Positions 25,133 to 37,379 of a DNA stretch of 64,000 nt are shown here, one piece after another. The translations under genes were made by a program, and so were the position numbers. Under the pieces are notes generated by a model. That model did no database searches, was not told the DNA's origin, and was given only the letters and a program-made list of their open reading frames with translations. Position 1 is the first letter of the stretch. Each line of letters starts with the position of its first letter. Source of the stretch: Isurus oxyrinchus (Eukaryota); contig JANJGN010000021.1 in NCBI GenBank assembly GCA_026770705.1, forward strand, positions 12,276,001 through 12,340,000, written 5' to 3'.

Positions 25133-26469
25133 GGGTGGAATTTTTCGTGCCCGCTGGCATTGGGCATCATGGCAGGTGTGAGCAAACAAGATGGTGGGGA
25201 GGCCAAAAATCAGTTTCATGATGTCGTGAAACTAGTTTTCAATCGTCCGCTCCGCTTGTCAATGGTGGGTCACGTTTCCTGCCGCCCCATGGCAGGAACT
25301 TCGTTGTAATACATCTGCATATCATTGGAAGTCCAGCTCCCCTAAATCATCCCCTCCCCGCACCCCAACCCACCCTCCACGCCACCCCCCCCACACCACC
25401 CCACCCCCACCCCCCCAACGCTGGATTTCCTGAGCACATCAGCGTGATTGCATGCGACCTGTTTCACAATTGAACATAGGTGATGTTAACCTGGTGAGCT
25501 GCACTTCGCTCAATACTTTGAGATTTGTTTACCTACCTTGCTTCGGGGAGCACTCGCGGTGGTTAGCGCCAAGCCTTGCAGGCAGCACCACCACTTTTAG
25601 GGGGGGGCTCATGCGCAGGTCTCTGCTTACCAGACCAGCCGTAAGGATTAGGTCTTGCTTGGGGAAAGAGGAGAAGTGGCTTTAGGCAAGGGAAGAGGCT
25701 GCAGGAGAAGGGCATTAATGGGGAAGGGGGGGGCAGTATCCCAAGGTGTGAGTGGGGACACATGTTGATCTGTGCAAGTGCCCTCAAGAGGGTGAAGGCA
25801 GTGGAGGCAGTCTCCAGAGGAGATGAGTCCAGATGGACATGTGAGGGTATGTGTGAGAGAGTGAGTGATGATGCCCCTTGAGCTGGCAGTGAGTGAGATG
25901 CCAGTGAATGTGTGATGGGCTTGAGTGTGTGAGTTTAGAGTGATGAGATGGTGGCATTACCCTGGTGGCATGGGTAAGATCATTCATCCTCTTTCTGCAC
26001 TGGATGGCTGACCTCTTAAGTGCAGTGTTGGCACTGACCACCACTGCCACCGCCTCCCAGTGAGACTGATGGGCCTCCTGCAGCCAGAGCGGGGCAGGAG
26101 GACGTTGCGGCGGGCTACAACGGTGTCCAGAAGGTTTCCCAGGAACGAGACACTGAATTGGAGGGCTGCAGTCTTGCTGCCATTCGGGCCTTGTCTTCTG
26201 TGCAGCAGTCCTGGGCTGGAAGCACTGAGAGGTGTGTGCACGGCTGCACTTTAAATATGGTGCCTGGCATGAGCAAGTGGCGAGGTGATGGCGTGGCAGG
26301 TGTCTCAGAGGCTGCCCAGCAGTAAAATGGTGTGTTTCCTGGAAAAGCATGCTTAATGAGGCGGGATTGGGGGCGATACGGTGCGAGAACCCACCATTGC
26401 GGCCAGTAGGTAAAATGACCTTTTTCCTGCCACCATAGCACTTATCTCAATTCTGGGACGATTCCACCC
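25133..26469 (-). mobile_element. Non-autonomous PIF/Harbinger element with a Myb/SANT gene remnant, inserted in the Gypsy 3' LTR
   Basis: TIR gggtggaat / attccaccc; TSD TCA (25130-25132, 26470-26472); WEAVAVVVSANTALKRSAIQCRKRMNDL on - strand. Confidence 0.88.
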
Positions 26470-27489
26470 TCAGTTTCACTTTTGCTTTGAGCAGAGCACA
26501 CACTCAGCTCTGATGTCTTCAAGTTTCATATCTATGTTTAAAATTGGTTCTCCTGTGCCTAGTTTGAATAAATGAACCCACATGTTTACCCAATCCCTTA
26601 GGAGCGATTAGGTATTATATCATTAGAATCACACGACAGACAACAAATTTTGTCTGGAATTGTATCGTTTACAGATAAGGAATGAAGTACACAGTATTTT
26701 ATGGATCACTGATGTACCACATTAGCATCAATGTTTGTTTAGGAGAATACATGTCATAAATACAGAACAGTTCCTCATGTGACTTAGATGGAAAAGGCAC
26801 TGTGTAGCATAGTGTTAGTCTTACAGACCAGAAGGTCACAAATTTAATCTCTATGAAGTGGAGTCGGATGATCTGCTGTGTGAAATCCTAATATTGGCTT
26901 CAGTGGATCTGGCAACACGATCAAATAATCAACTGGTAAATTGGCTTCTGATTACTATCCTTGTTGGAAAGTGTGCATGTATAGACTTAGTATGAAAAAG
27001 AATTGGGCAGGCTTGACCTCCATGTTTGAAGAGCTCATCAGCTCATTGGATATAGCCACACAGGGTATGGTCCATGTGGCAGTCTGTCCCTTACCATTGC
27101 TAACTTGTATACGTTTGAAACTAACAGATGCGACGTAAAAGTGCCCTTGCCAATGGCGGTTTGGTTATATGCTGCAGGCAAATTGCCCTAGCCAGTAATA
27201 GGGCAAATCAATAGACACTGATCCAGAAAGTGAACTTCACTTCCAAACATCCCAATGCCACAGCAGCAATTAATTGTGGGACAATTGCCTATATTTCCCT
27301 CAACCCTCTTGTTATCCAGGTACAGAATGGAAGATGCACAGTGATAAGTGAGATGTAAAGGGAAGAACAAATGGAATGAGATAAATATCTTTTTATACAT
27401 ATCCAGAAGCACTATTTAATAGTGGCTTAAAATTTCAGAATAATTTTTAGTAAGTAAAAACAGAACGTGGGGTAAAAAATTTGAAACTT

Positions 27490-27567
27490 CTGCCAGACCT
27501 GCAGAGTATTTCCACCCTTTTCTATTTTTCTTTCAGATTTCCAGCATCTGCAGTATTTTGTTTTTGA
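27490..27567 (+). mobile_element. Truncated Penelope-like short repeat, no ribozyme part
   Basis: ctgccagacctgcagagtatttcc...cagatttccagcatctgcag matches the body of 9943 and 16771. Confidence 0.7.
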
Positions 27568-28261
27568 ATTTGAAACTGCCCTTTGCTTGCATAATTTGTT
27601 CTCTGAAAATATATTTAATTTCCTCCCTTCTTCAATATTCCACTTGAGTTCTTCTCAGAACTGAAGTCCTTCCCATTGCCCGCAGCAACATTCTCTGAGA
27701 CTGCATACTTTCAAACCCTCATCTACTCATGGTGCTCAGTAAACCCCTAACTCACCCTTTCCACTTAACTGTCAGCGAAAGCCCCTGGTGCAGTCAATCC
27801 TGAAAGTGTTACCAAAATAAACAAGAACTCTCAATGTTTCTACGAGTACTATGCACTGTAACCTGTGAGGTAACAGGACCTAAGAAAGCCTGTAAATATT
27901 GCTGGATTCTAATAATAAAGACTTCAAAATGGAAGAAAAAATCTAGTAAATGCTGGATTTATTTTTGAGGGTATGGATATGTGGAATTGTTCTGTGTCGT
28001 GGTAGGTTTGCTTTGTTAATAGAAAAACTGGGTACACCATGAAATGCATGGAGGTCGTACAGGAATCCAGTTCAAATGGTAAATAGCTGAAAGTGGCAAA
28101 GGAGATTTGATCCTACAAGATAAGTTATCTCGGTGGGGTGAGAAAGTGTCATATGATGACCACTTCACTGCAGAACGGGGCAACAAATCAGAGCATAAGT
28201 TACCTAGATGAACTGGTGGGCCAAGAAACAAACACAGATCATGTGAGGTGCCTTGGGGTGT

Positions 28262-29190
28262 TTAATTTATTCTTTCATGGAAAGTGGGCATTGCTAGCAA
28301 GGCCAGCATTTGTTGCCCATCCTTAATTGCCCTTGAACTGAGTGACTTGCTCAGCCACTTTAGAGGGCAGTGCAGAGTCAACCATATTGCTGGGGGTCTG
28401 GAGTCACACGTAGGCTAGACCAGGCGAGGATGATAGATTTCCTTCTCTAAAGGACATTGGTGAACCAGCAAGGTTTTAATGACAATCAATGATAGTCCTC
28501 CCCCTGATATAAGAAGAACGGTAGCCAGCAAGAAAGAGCGACTCCATCAAATATCAGATGAGAGGCACCCTCTGCATGGTCATACACCTACACCCAGCTG
28601 CCTAAAGTCAAGGAAGAGTTTCATGAACAGGGTTGTTCCATTACAATCAACCCCATCTGAAGCCCGCATCGTCTTGTGGAAAGACCGGCTTGCCAGTCTC
28701 GAACAACCCCCAGTGATGGAAATTCTACCGGATGAAAGCCTTCCCCCAGGAGCTAATTGCAACTGGGCAACCTGGAAGTGCCTTAACAGACTTAGGACTG
28801 GTGTAGGCAGGTGTCACTAAGAAAATGGAGATATACAAACAGCCCGACAACTTGTGAATGTGGAACCGAGCCACAGACTATGCAACATCTCCTGCAACGC
28901 CTATCGCTAGAGGAACCCTGCACTGTTGCTGATCTTGCCGAATTCAACAGCAAGGCGCAAAAATGTGTCCAGTTCTGACTGGGCCATGTATAGACTGTCC
29001 GTGGACATGATAAGGAGAAGAATGATAGTCCTTATGTTCATCGTTACTGAGACTAGCTTTTAATTCCAGATTTATTAATTGAATTTATATTCCACCATCC
29101 TCTGTGGTGGGATTTGAACCCATACCCCTAGAGGATTAGCTGGGAGCCTGCAGGATTACTAGTCCAGTGACATTACCGCTACGCCACTAC
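28262..29190 (-). mobile_element. Full-length tRNA-SINE (family of 4524) split by a LINE fragment
   Basis: Minus-strand head gtggcgtagcggtaatgtcactggactag...ggttcaaatcccacc at 29105-29190; tail at 28262-28340. Confidence 0.85.
28500..29020 (+). mobile_element. 3' fragment of a Vingi/Ingi-like non-LTR retrotransposon
   Basis: PPPDIRR...LKSRKSF...WKCLNRLRTGVGRC...CECGTEPQTMQHLL; flanked by direct repeat aatgatagtcct (28488-28499, 29021-29032). Confidence 0.75.
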
Positions 29191-29347
29191 ATTAAAAGCA
29201 CTCTATAAGTGCAAGTTGGTGTTGTTATCTGGGAGTACTGTATGGCCGGAGAAAAGAAGGTAAGATATAATTACAAAAGTAGAATAAAAAGAAACTTGTA
29301 CCTGTGATCTGACATGTGTTACATCTGATATTTGTGTTAATCTAATT

Positions 29348-29616
29348 TTGGCCTCTTGACCATCCCTGATTTTAACTGTTCCAGCAATGGTGGCCATGCC
29401 TTCAGCTGCATAGGGTCTAAACTCTCAAATTCCCTTCCTAAACCTCTCCGTCTCTCTGCATCTCTTTGTTCCTGTAAGATGCTCCTTAAAACCTACCTCT
29501 TCGGTCAAGCATTTGGCCATCTGCCCTGGTGTCTAATTTTGTTTTATAACGCTCCTGTAAACGGGATTGGGATATTCTATTACATTGAGGCATTATACAA
29601 ATATAAATTGTTGTTC
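29348..29616 (+). mobile_element. L2-type 3' fragment
   Basis: ggccatgccttcagctg...ctccttaaaacctacctcttcggtcaagc...ttgttgtt; similar copy at 31115-31440. Confidence 0.75.
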
Positions 29617-30354
29617 TTGTACGGCTTGTGGCAAAGTTCAGAATTAAAACGAAATGGCTGCCATGCATAAAGTTCTATTTGCATATGATTGATTAATTGA
29701 TTTTTATGATCTGTGCGCATGAAATAACTGGTCCGTCACTTATTCCTTGAAGAGCGCTTTTTTTGTGAATAGATGGAACTTTTGGGACCATATGCCCAGA
29801 CCTGACCTGGATCTTTTAAACCAGTCGAACTTGGATCTCTGGAGCCTAATACCTTGTTTACATGACAGCTGTTAATTTGGTTTTGTATAAAATTAGCAGC
29901 TGTTCTGAATTAGCAGGGACCATCTAAACAATACAGCATAACCTGCTGTGACCTTGATTCAGAGCAAGAAGGTCCTACCCCCAGGGCATCGTTCTAAATT
30001 TACTCTCAGCGTGGTAGTTCCATTCAGAGCTTTGTAAACAGTATTGTGATATTGAGTGGAGTTGCCCTTCTACAATGCATAGAACAGGCTCTCTGGATCA
30101 GGATCTAAATTTGACATCCTTCATTTACAGAATCACAGAATTGTTACGCCACAGAAGGAGGCCAGTCCTTAACGGACCCATATTTGCCCAAGTGAGCATT
30201 AATTTTTCCCCGTATCATTGTTTCTAGAAGCTTCCCCACCACCAAAATTAAACTGACTGGCTTGTAGTCGCTGGCTTGTCTTTACACACTTCTTTGAACA
30301 AGGGTTTAACATCTGTTTACATTTAGGTACTGAATAGATATTACATAATTAATT

Positions 30355-30690
30355 CCTGTACAAAAATGCACTGCAGGATTCACCAAGGCTCCTTAGTCAA
30401 CACCTTCCAAACTCACGACCACTACCATCTAGAAGGACAAGGGCAGCAGATACATGGAAACACCACCACCTGGACATTCCCCTCCAAGCCACTCACCATC
30501 CTGACTTGGAAATATATCACCGTTCCTTCACTGTCACTAGGTCAAAATTCTGGAACCTCTTCCCTAACAGCACTGTGGGTGTACCTACACCACATGGACT
30601 GCAGCGGTTCAAGAAGATGGCTCACCACCACATTCTCAAGGGCAACTAGGGATGGGCTATAGATGCTGGCCCACATCCCATCAAGGATTA
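30355..30690 (+). mobile_element. 3' fragment of the CR1-like LINE family of 42055-45840
   Basis: atgcactgcag...ccctccaagccactcaccatcctgacttgg...ctcaagggcaactagggatggg. Confidence 0.85.
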
Positions 30691-31114
30691 AAACAAGTAT
30701 TTGTTTTATTTCATTTGAATGCCTCAGTGCCTCATACTGATACTTAACAAACATTCATAACATTCATTAACTACAGCTCACCCAAGTAAGTATTCATCAT
30801 GTCGGGATTTGGACAGTTTATTTGGGCAGATCAGTCTGCTATAATTAGTATCATGACTTCACCTGATGTCCACAAGTATGCACTTTCCAGTAGGGGCTCA
30901 ATGGAGAGTGATCAAAAAACAGGAACGTAACTGAATTTGAACTCATCTGGTCAATTGTAACTCAGTCCTAGTGTCATCCTCCCACTGATACCCTGGATGA
31001 GATCAGACAGAAATCAATCCTGGGATCTTCCTGGTCTATACATTTCTGAACTACACCACATGATAGTTACCCATTGAACATGGTGTGCTTACTGAGCTAC
31101 ATTAGCTCCCAGTT

Positions 31115-31440
31115 AACCAATGTCCCCATTCTAAAATTCTCATCCTTGTTTACAATCCTTTTATGGCCTCCCTAACTCTGTCATATCCTCCAGCCTCACA
31201 GCCCTCTGAAGTATCTGCCCATATCTCATTATGGCCTCTTGTCCATCCCCAATTTTAATTTTCCACCTTTGGTGGCTGTACCTTCAGCTGCCCAGGCCCT
31301 AAACATGAAAATTCCCTTCCCAAATCTCCCCGCTTGCCTCTTTAAAACTCACCTCTTTAGCTAACCTCTTGGTCATCTGTCCATGTATCTCCTTATGTAG
31401 CTCAGTGTCCTATTCTGTTTTGTAAGGGCCCTGTGAAGTT
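31115..31440 (+). mobile_element. L2-type 3' fragment
   Basis: aaaattctcatccttgttt...ccttcagctgcccaggccct...tgtgaag. Confidence 0.65.
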
Positions 31441-31681
31441 GTTAGATGGGCTCAGTTAGCTCTCTGTGAATCATGTATGGTTGTGGTGTAAGCCTACTTC
31501 AAGATTTGACATAATCTGGGTTTATACACAAAACAGTAATGAATATACTGAAAAATAAATTAATTAGTTGTGAAGTGCTTTGGAATATCTTGAGGGCATG
31601 ACAACAATAATGCAAAACATTTCTTTCGCCAGCTGGTTAATTCAAAATGGATTTTATTCTGTGTTATTTGCAGGGTCAAAA

Positions 31682-32075
31682 ATAAAGAAAAACCTTACAT
31701 TTACTTAGTGTCTTTCATGACCTCAGGACATCCCCAAACAGTTTACAACCATTGGAGCACTTATGAAACGTAGTCACTATTGTAATGTAGGAAACATGGG
31801 AGCCAATTTGTGCACTGCAAGATCCCACTAACAGGAAGGCAATTATCACCAGATAATCTGTTATTGTGATGTTGATTGAGGGATAAATATTGATCAGGAC
31901 ACTGGGGATATCGCCCCTGCTCTTCTTCAAAATAGTGCCATGGGATCTTTTTCGTCCACCAGAGTGAGCAGACAAGGCATCGGTTTCACCTCTCATCTGA
32001 AAGACTGTACCTCCAACAATGCAGCACTCTCTCAGCACTGCACTGCAGTGCCAGTCTTGATTTTTGTGCTGAAGT
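31682..32075 (-). mobile_element. Deu-type SINE, 5'-truncated
   Basis: Reverse complement of the 15393/41363 family. Confidence 0.8.
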
Positions 32076-32156
32076 CTTGATCAAAATAGGTGTTTGCCAT
32101 ACTTTGCATGGCAAAGGGGAGAGCAGGAAAGAAAAATAAGTTTGCACTTGTAAAAT

Positions 32157-32582
32157 TATGGAATCATAAAATGGATATAACACGGTAGGAGTCCATTCAG
32201 TCCATTGTGTCCCTGCCTGTTCTCTGCAAGAGCAGCTCATTTAGCCCCACTCCTTGTTTCTTTCTCATAACTCTGCATTTTTTCCCCTTTCAGGTAATTA
32301 TCCAATTCTCTTTTGAAAGCCAAGATTGAATCTGCCTCCACCACACTCTCAGGCATTGCATTCCAGATTCCAACCAGTAGCTGTATGAAAAGGTTTTTCC
32401 TTATATCGCTTTTGGTTCTTTGGTCAATCACCTTAAATTGGTGTCCTCTAATTCTCTATCCTGCGGCCAATGAAAGCAATTTCTCCATATCTGCTCTGTC
32501 CAGACATCTCATGATTTCGAACACCTCAATCAAATCTCCTCTCAACCTCTCTAAGGAGAACTGCCCCAGCCTCTCCAATACA
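32157..32582 (-). mobile_element. CR1 LINE 3' fragment
   Basis: RKNLFIQLLVGIWNAMPESVVEADSILAFKRELD. Confidence 0.85.
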
Positions 32583-33560
32583 TAAAGCTCATCATCACAT
32601 TAATAACATGATTCCTAGACAATGTTGATTGAGGAAGAACTATCAGGGAGGTCATGAGTGAACTTCCTGCTTTTGTTCAACTAATACCAGGGAAGATTCA
32701 GTGTCCACTAGAACAGACAAATAGGCCGCAGTTTAGCACATTATCCAAAGGAACATAACCCAAAGGTCTCTTGTTGTGAAACCATGCTTTATATCAAAAA
32801 AAGATTTTTGAATTTATTGGCTGGAAACTCCTAACTGATTAAAAAAAATACTAATGCCACATTCCAGTGACTTGGGCTCACAGTCAAAGATGGCTGCACA
32901 CTTGCATCACTGTACCTTCTATATTCCAATATCATTGAAATGGGGACAACCTGCCTGCAAAGCCACACTAGGAACAATGGCTTTTGGAGAGTATAAATGG
33001 AGGCCATCTCCTGTTCCATGAGCAAAACACCTCAGACAATCACCTGGGTACTCACCTGGGTGGAGTCAAACCATTAGACATAATCATTTAGCCAATGCTA
33101 TCCTGGATTGGAGAGGAATTCCCAGCCATGATCTAATCAAGTTACAACTGGAATACACTAGCCATGACCATATTTGGGTCATTAGGCAGTTGGCGAGAGA
33201 GGGTCATGTGACAAGCCAACCCTTTGTGTGTTTAAGCAACTATTTCTTTTTGCAGAACAGGACAAGCAACTGAGGTGCTGAAGGAACAAATCCTTCTCTC
33301 TCACTCCATCCAACGTGCAAGCTTCGAACCCTAACTCCTGTTTTTTGAATTTCTATGTGCCACAGACAGAGATGCCAAAAAAAGAACTCAACCCTACAGC
33401 TCGTAACTTCAGAGGAACGGAAATATCATCCTCGTTTAATCCACCTCTATACAAAAACCAGCAGGACCATCATGTTTGGCCTGAAGCCAGTCAAGTCATC
33501 ATCCTTCACGAACTGTACACCCCTTTAATTTTACTGGACTTTAAATTCCTCAGTCTATCC

Positions 33561-33697
33561 NNNNNNNNNNNNNNNNNNNNNNNNNNNNNNNNNNNNNNNN
33601 NNNNNNNNNNNNNNNNNNNNNNNNNNNNNNNNNNNNNNNNNNNNNNNNNNNNNNNNNNNNNNNNNNNNNNNNNNNNNNNNNNNNNNNNNNNNNNNNN
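33561..33697. other. Assembly gap (137 N)
   Basis: Run of N. Confidence 1.
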
Positions 33698-33974
33698 TGG
33701 CCAGGATTTTATGTTGATCGGGCAGGCACGGCGGGAGCAGGTGGGGGTGGTCAGAAACCCAACCGCTGCCCGTGATTGGCTCCGCTCCGCTGTTTTACAC
33801 ACCTGGGCCAATTGAGGCCCGTCTAGCATAATAAGCAACTCCGGCATCAGGGAGGAGGGGTGGGCAGGGGGCGAGAGCTCAATGCCCGCTGGGTCCAATG
33901 GCGACACGGCAGTCTATTTAAAAGTGGCCGCGGGAGCCATGCGAAGGCTGCCGGTGACTCGGAGGAGCCTCGTT

Positions 33975-35900
33975 ATGGAGAACGTCAGTGCTGAACACGG
34001 CAGGCAGGAGGGCAGGTCGGTGGGACAGGCAGTTTTCTGACGAGAGTCTCGCTGCCCTCCTGGAGGAGGTGGCAGGACGCGGAGATACACTGGTCCCCAG
34101 GGACAGGAGGAGGAGGCCCCCCCCAACCCCAACCTCACCAAAAATGCCTGGGAGGAGGTGGCATCCAGGGTGAGCTCCCATGATGTGGTGAGGTGCACAT
34201 GGGTGCAGCGCCGTAAGCGCTTCAATGATCTCCTGTGATCGGGAAGGGTGAGTAACGTGTTGGCATGAGGGTCACTTAGCACAGCAGTTAGGAGCCCACC
34301 CACCCCTCCGGACCTCAGAGTTCTTAGAGTGTGAGGGGCAAATGTCAAAGATGCAGCATCTGGGCGAGGGGGGTGAGCCCTGGCTGCTTGGAATGAGTGT
34401 CTTGTGGCTCCAGGGTCACGAATGAACTGAGTCCTGTGAGGTGTTCCTCAGGTGGGGTTGGCCAGGCTGTAATGGGGCTGCAGGTACAGGGTGGACTCAT
34501 CAATGCTCCTCTGTCCGTTCAGGAGGAGACATCCCATAACAATGCCGAGAGGTTGCAGACTAGCGGAGGACCATCCCACCTTCTAATCTTGACCAGACAT
34601 GAGCAGGAGGTGCTGGAGCTGGAGAGGTGCCATGCTTTGAAACCAACCGGCTGCGGTGAGGTTGGGGTGCCACAGGGAGGTAAGAGTGCAGTGCACTGAG
34701 GTCAGAATGTCTGTCATAGCAACCATTCCACTGTAGTCTCTATATTGATGTGAGGCTTGAACATGGAATCCCCAGTGATAATGGAAAGACAAGGATACCC
34801 TGATCTGGGTGCCAGGCAATGCACAGTAACAGTGTAATGGCTTCAACTAATCACATGTCCTTGTCCTTCCTTTCAGGTTCACCAGAAGCCCATCGGGGTC
34901 AGGAGTCTGAAGACCCACCACTGACCCCAGAGGGCAACACCATCAGAATGCACCAGCGTCACACCCTCTCAGCCAGGCAGGCACCAGCGCAGATACCAGC
35001 ACCTCGGTGAGCATTAGATCGGCAGCTAGTACCTCGGTGCACAGGGGTGAGGGCATTTCACACTCGCTTGAGGGGCAGGAGGAGGCAGAGAGTGCCCAGG
35101 GCACTGGCAGTCAGAGGACAGCTGGAGACCAGGAACATGCTCAGTCGGTGGCTGATGATGGGCCTCTGGAGATGTCCCTGAGGCAGCAGATGCTGGATGT
35201 CCAGCAGGGAGTGCGGGAGGATCTGGCAGAGATACATGAGGGAATGCCTGCCATGGTCTCCGTGATGGAGGAGTCTCTGTGGAGCATGAGCAATGCAATG
35301 ACCCTCATGGCCGAGCGCACTGCCTCCTCCATGGAGAGAGTGGTGACTCTCATGGAGAGGCTGCTCCAGGAGCTGAATCAGGGCTTCCTGGGGATGCGCT
35401 CGGATCTGCAGCCCTCACACCAGCAATGACCTCAGGTGGTCAGTGTCAGTGTGGGAGATGGATTGGGCACCCAGTATCCCAGCTCGGTGCCCGTCCATCA
35501 ATGGTGAGCAGGGAGGTCCAATGTGACCTCACGTTGGCACACGAGCTGCCTGTCCTCTCTGCTGACTCCTCTCAGGGCGCTCTGGATGAGGGCAGCAGCT
35601 CCTCCACCCCTCTGCCAGTGACCATGGCATCTGATGAGGGTGTGGTGACTGGGGAGATACTAGCCATGCCACTGGCTGCTCCCTGTCAGGCGGGGCCAGC
35701 ACAGGCTCCACTGACCAGAAGATGCCCACCAGGGTCATCAAGGCCAACAGGACAGCAGAGTGAGCAGCTGCCTCCAATGCCGGTGCCAGCGAGGGGGGAG
35801 CATCTAGACATAGCACCCACAGGAACAAACTTAAAGCACCTTAAACACAACCCGGGCTTATCACGGGTGATATTTTTTTGCCACACTTTTAAACTAATTA
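33975..35900 (+). pseudogene. Harbinger Myb/SANT (trihelix-like) DNA-binding gene; predicted exons 33975-34247, 34523-34679, 34877-about 35900
   Basis: FSDESLAALLEEV...AWEEVASRVS...VQRRKRFNDLL, GT-AG intron, then EETSHNNAERLQTSGGP; frameshifts and a TGA in exon 1. Confidence 0.8.
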
Positions 35901-36173
35901 TTAGTAGGTGTGATGGAGAACAACTTCCCATTTAATTTGTTTTATGTATGCCAGGCACCACACCATTAAACGTGTTTGTATTCAACAAGCCTCTGGGTGC
36001 TTCATTAGTTTTGTAGCTGAAGGGTAATCCATGGTGTTGTGAGTGACTTGTCTGTCATTGAGCTTTATTGAAATGACACATAGTACATGTTGTTCACCAG
36101 GCAAATGTTGCTGTCAGGTATCGAGTATGGAGCCTGCAGCCCTGGAGTATGTTGGTGGTTTATCTTTAGTAAG

Positions 36174-37379
36174 CTAGCTGAAGGAGTGTTGGATCAAAGC
36201 TTCCCGGGTGTCCCTGCCTCCCTGGAGGTTGCCCAGGTCAGCGTCCATCCCCTCAGCATTCTCCGGACCGAGCTCATCCTCGGACTCACTACTGGATTCA
36301 TCGTCTGCAGCCAGAGCAGCTGTGTCAACATCTTCTTCCTCCACTGCATCCCCTCTTTCCAGCGCCAGATTGTGGAGAATGCAGCATGCAACCACTGGCA
36401 CTGAGACACGATCTGGGGGGTACTGGAGTGCGCCCCCTGAGCGGTCCAGGCATCTGAAGCACATCTTGAGAAGACCGATGGCTCTCTCCACCACAGCCCT
36501 TGTGGAGCCCTGGCTCCTATTGTACCGCTGCTCAGCTTCTGTTCTTGGATGGCGGAGAGGCGTCATGAGCCACCTTCTGAGGGGATAGCCCTTGTCACCC
36601 AGCAGCCATCCATCCAGCCGGGCTGGAGCACTGAAGAGCCCCGGCACCTGGGAGTGTCTGAGGATGTAGGCGTCGTGGGAGCTGCCTGGGTACCTTGCAC
36701 AGACTTGTAGAATCAGCATCCTGTGGTCACACACTATCTGCACGTTCATGGAGTGGAAGCCCTTCCTGTTGACGAAGGCACCGGGCTCACCTGCTGGTAC
36801 CTTGATGGCCACATGTGTACAGTCTATAGCACCCTGGACACGGGGGATCCAGCAATCACTGCAATGCCTCTGGCTCGCTCTGCCTGGCTGGCCTTGTCCA
36901 TGTGGTATGAATGAAAGTCAATGCACACCTGAACAGAGCGTCTGTCACCAGCTTGACACAACTGTGGACAGCTGATTTGGAGACTCCACAAAGATCACCC
37001 ACTGACACCAGTGGGCCAGAGACATAGAAGTTGAGGCCACTGTGACCTTCAGAGCCACTAGCATGGGGTGTCCACCCTCCCAGTTGGAGCTGATCTCAGT
37101 GCCGATCATTTGACAGATGGAAGTCACTGTCTCCCTTGAGAGGCAGAGCCTCCTTCAGGATTGCACCGCAGACACATTGAGGTAGCTGCTTCACCGCCTG
37201 TAAACCCTGGCAGCAAGACAGTGGCATCTTCTGCGGCCCCTTCCACCTTGGACTTCCTGTTGGCCCTGCGCCCCTTGTGCCTGCGCCTGTGCCTGTCCTC
37301 CCACAGGTCACTCCCCTGGAGGCTGAATAGGGACACCTGGCCTCCTCCCCCTTCTCAAAGTGGAGACCACAATCCCCAT
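36174..37379 (-). pseudogene. Harbinger (HARBI1-like) DDE transposase; C-terminal 212 aa open, N-terminus frameshifted
   Basis: [66 protein letters not shown]. Confidence 0.92.

Larger units (their letters stand above)
18372..26638 (+). mobile_element. Decayed Gypsy LTR retrotransposon (5' LTR about 18372-18628; 3' LTR 25060-26638, interrupted)
   Basis: LTRs share ctggaagggaaatgtgtc...gatccagtc and gtttcacttttgctttgagcagagc; PPT aaaaagaaaagggga before 25060; gag knuckle CGRKGHW, protease DTGASANILP, RT FAKLDAK/LPFGL, RNase H SAPPRLQ, integrase HPWSKFASDLF...IITDNG...NGLAE in Gypsy order. Confidence 0.9.

Noticed and set aside
36174-36812. Host HARBI1 gene
   Set aside because: Lies within TIRs beside a Myb/SANT partner and has a frameshifted N-terminus, so it is a transposon copy
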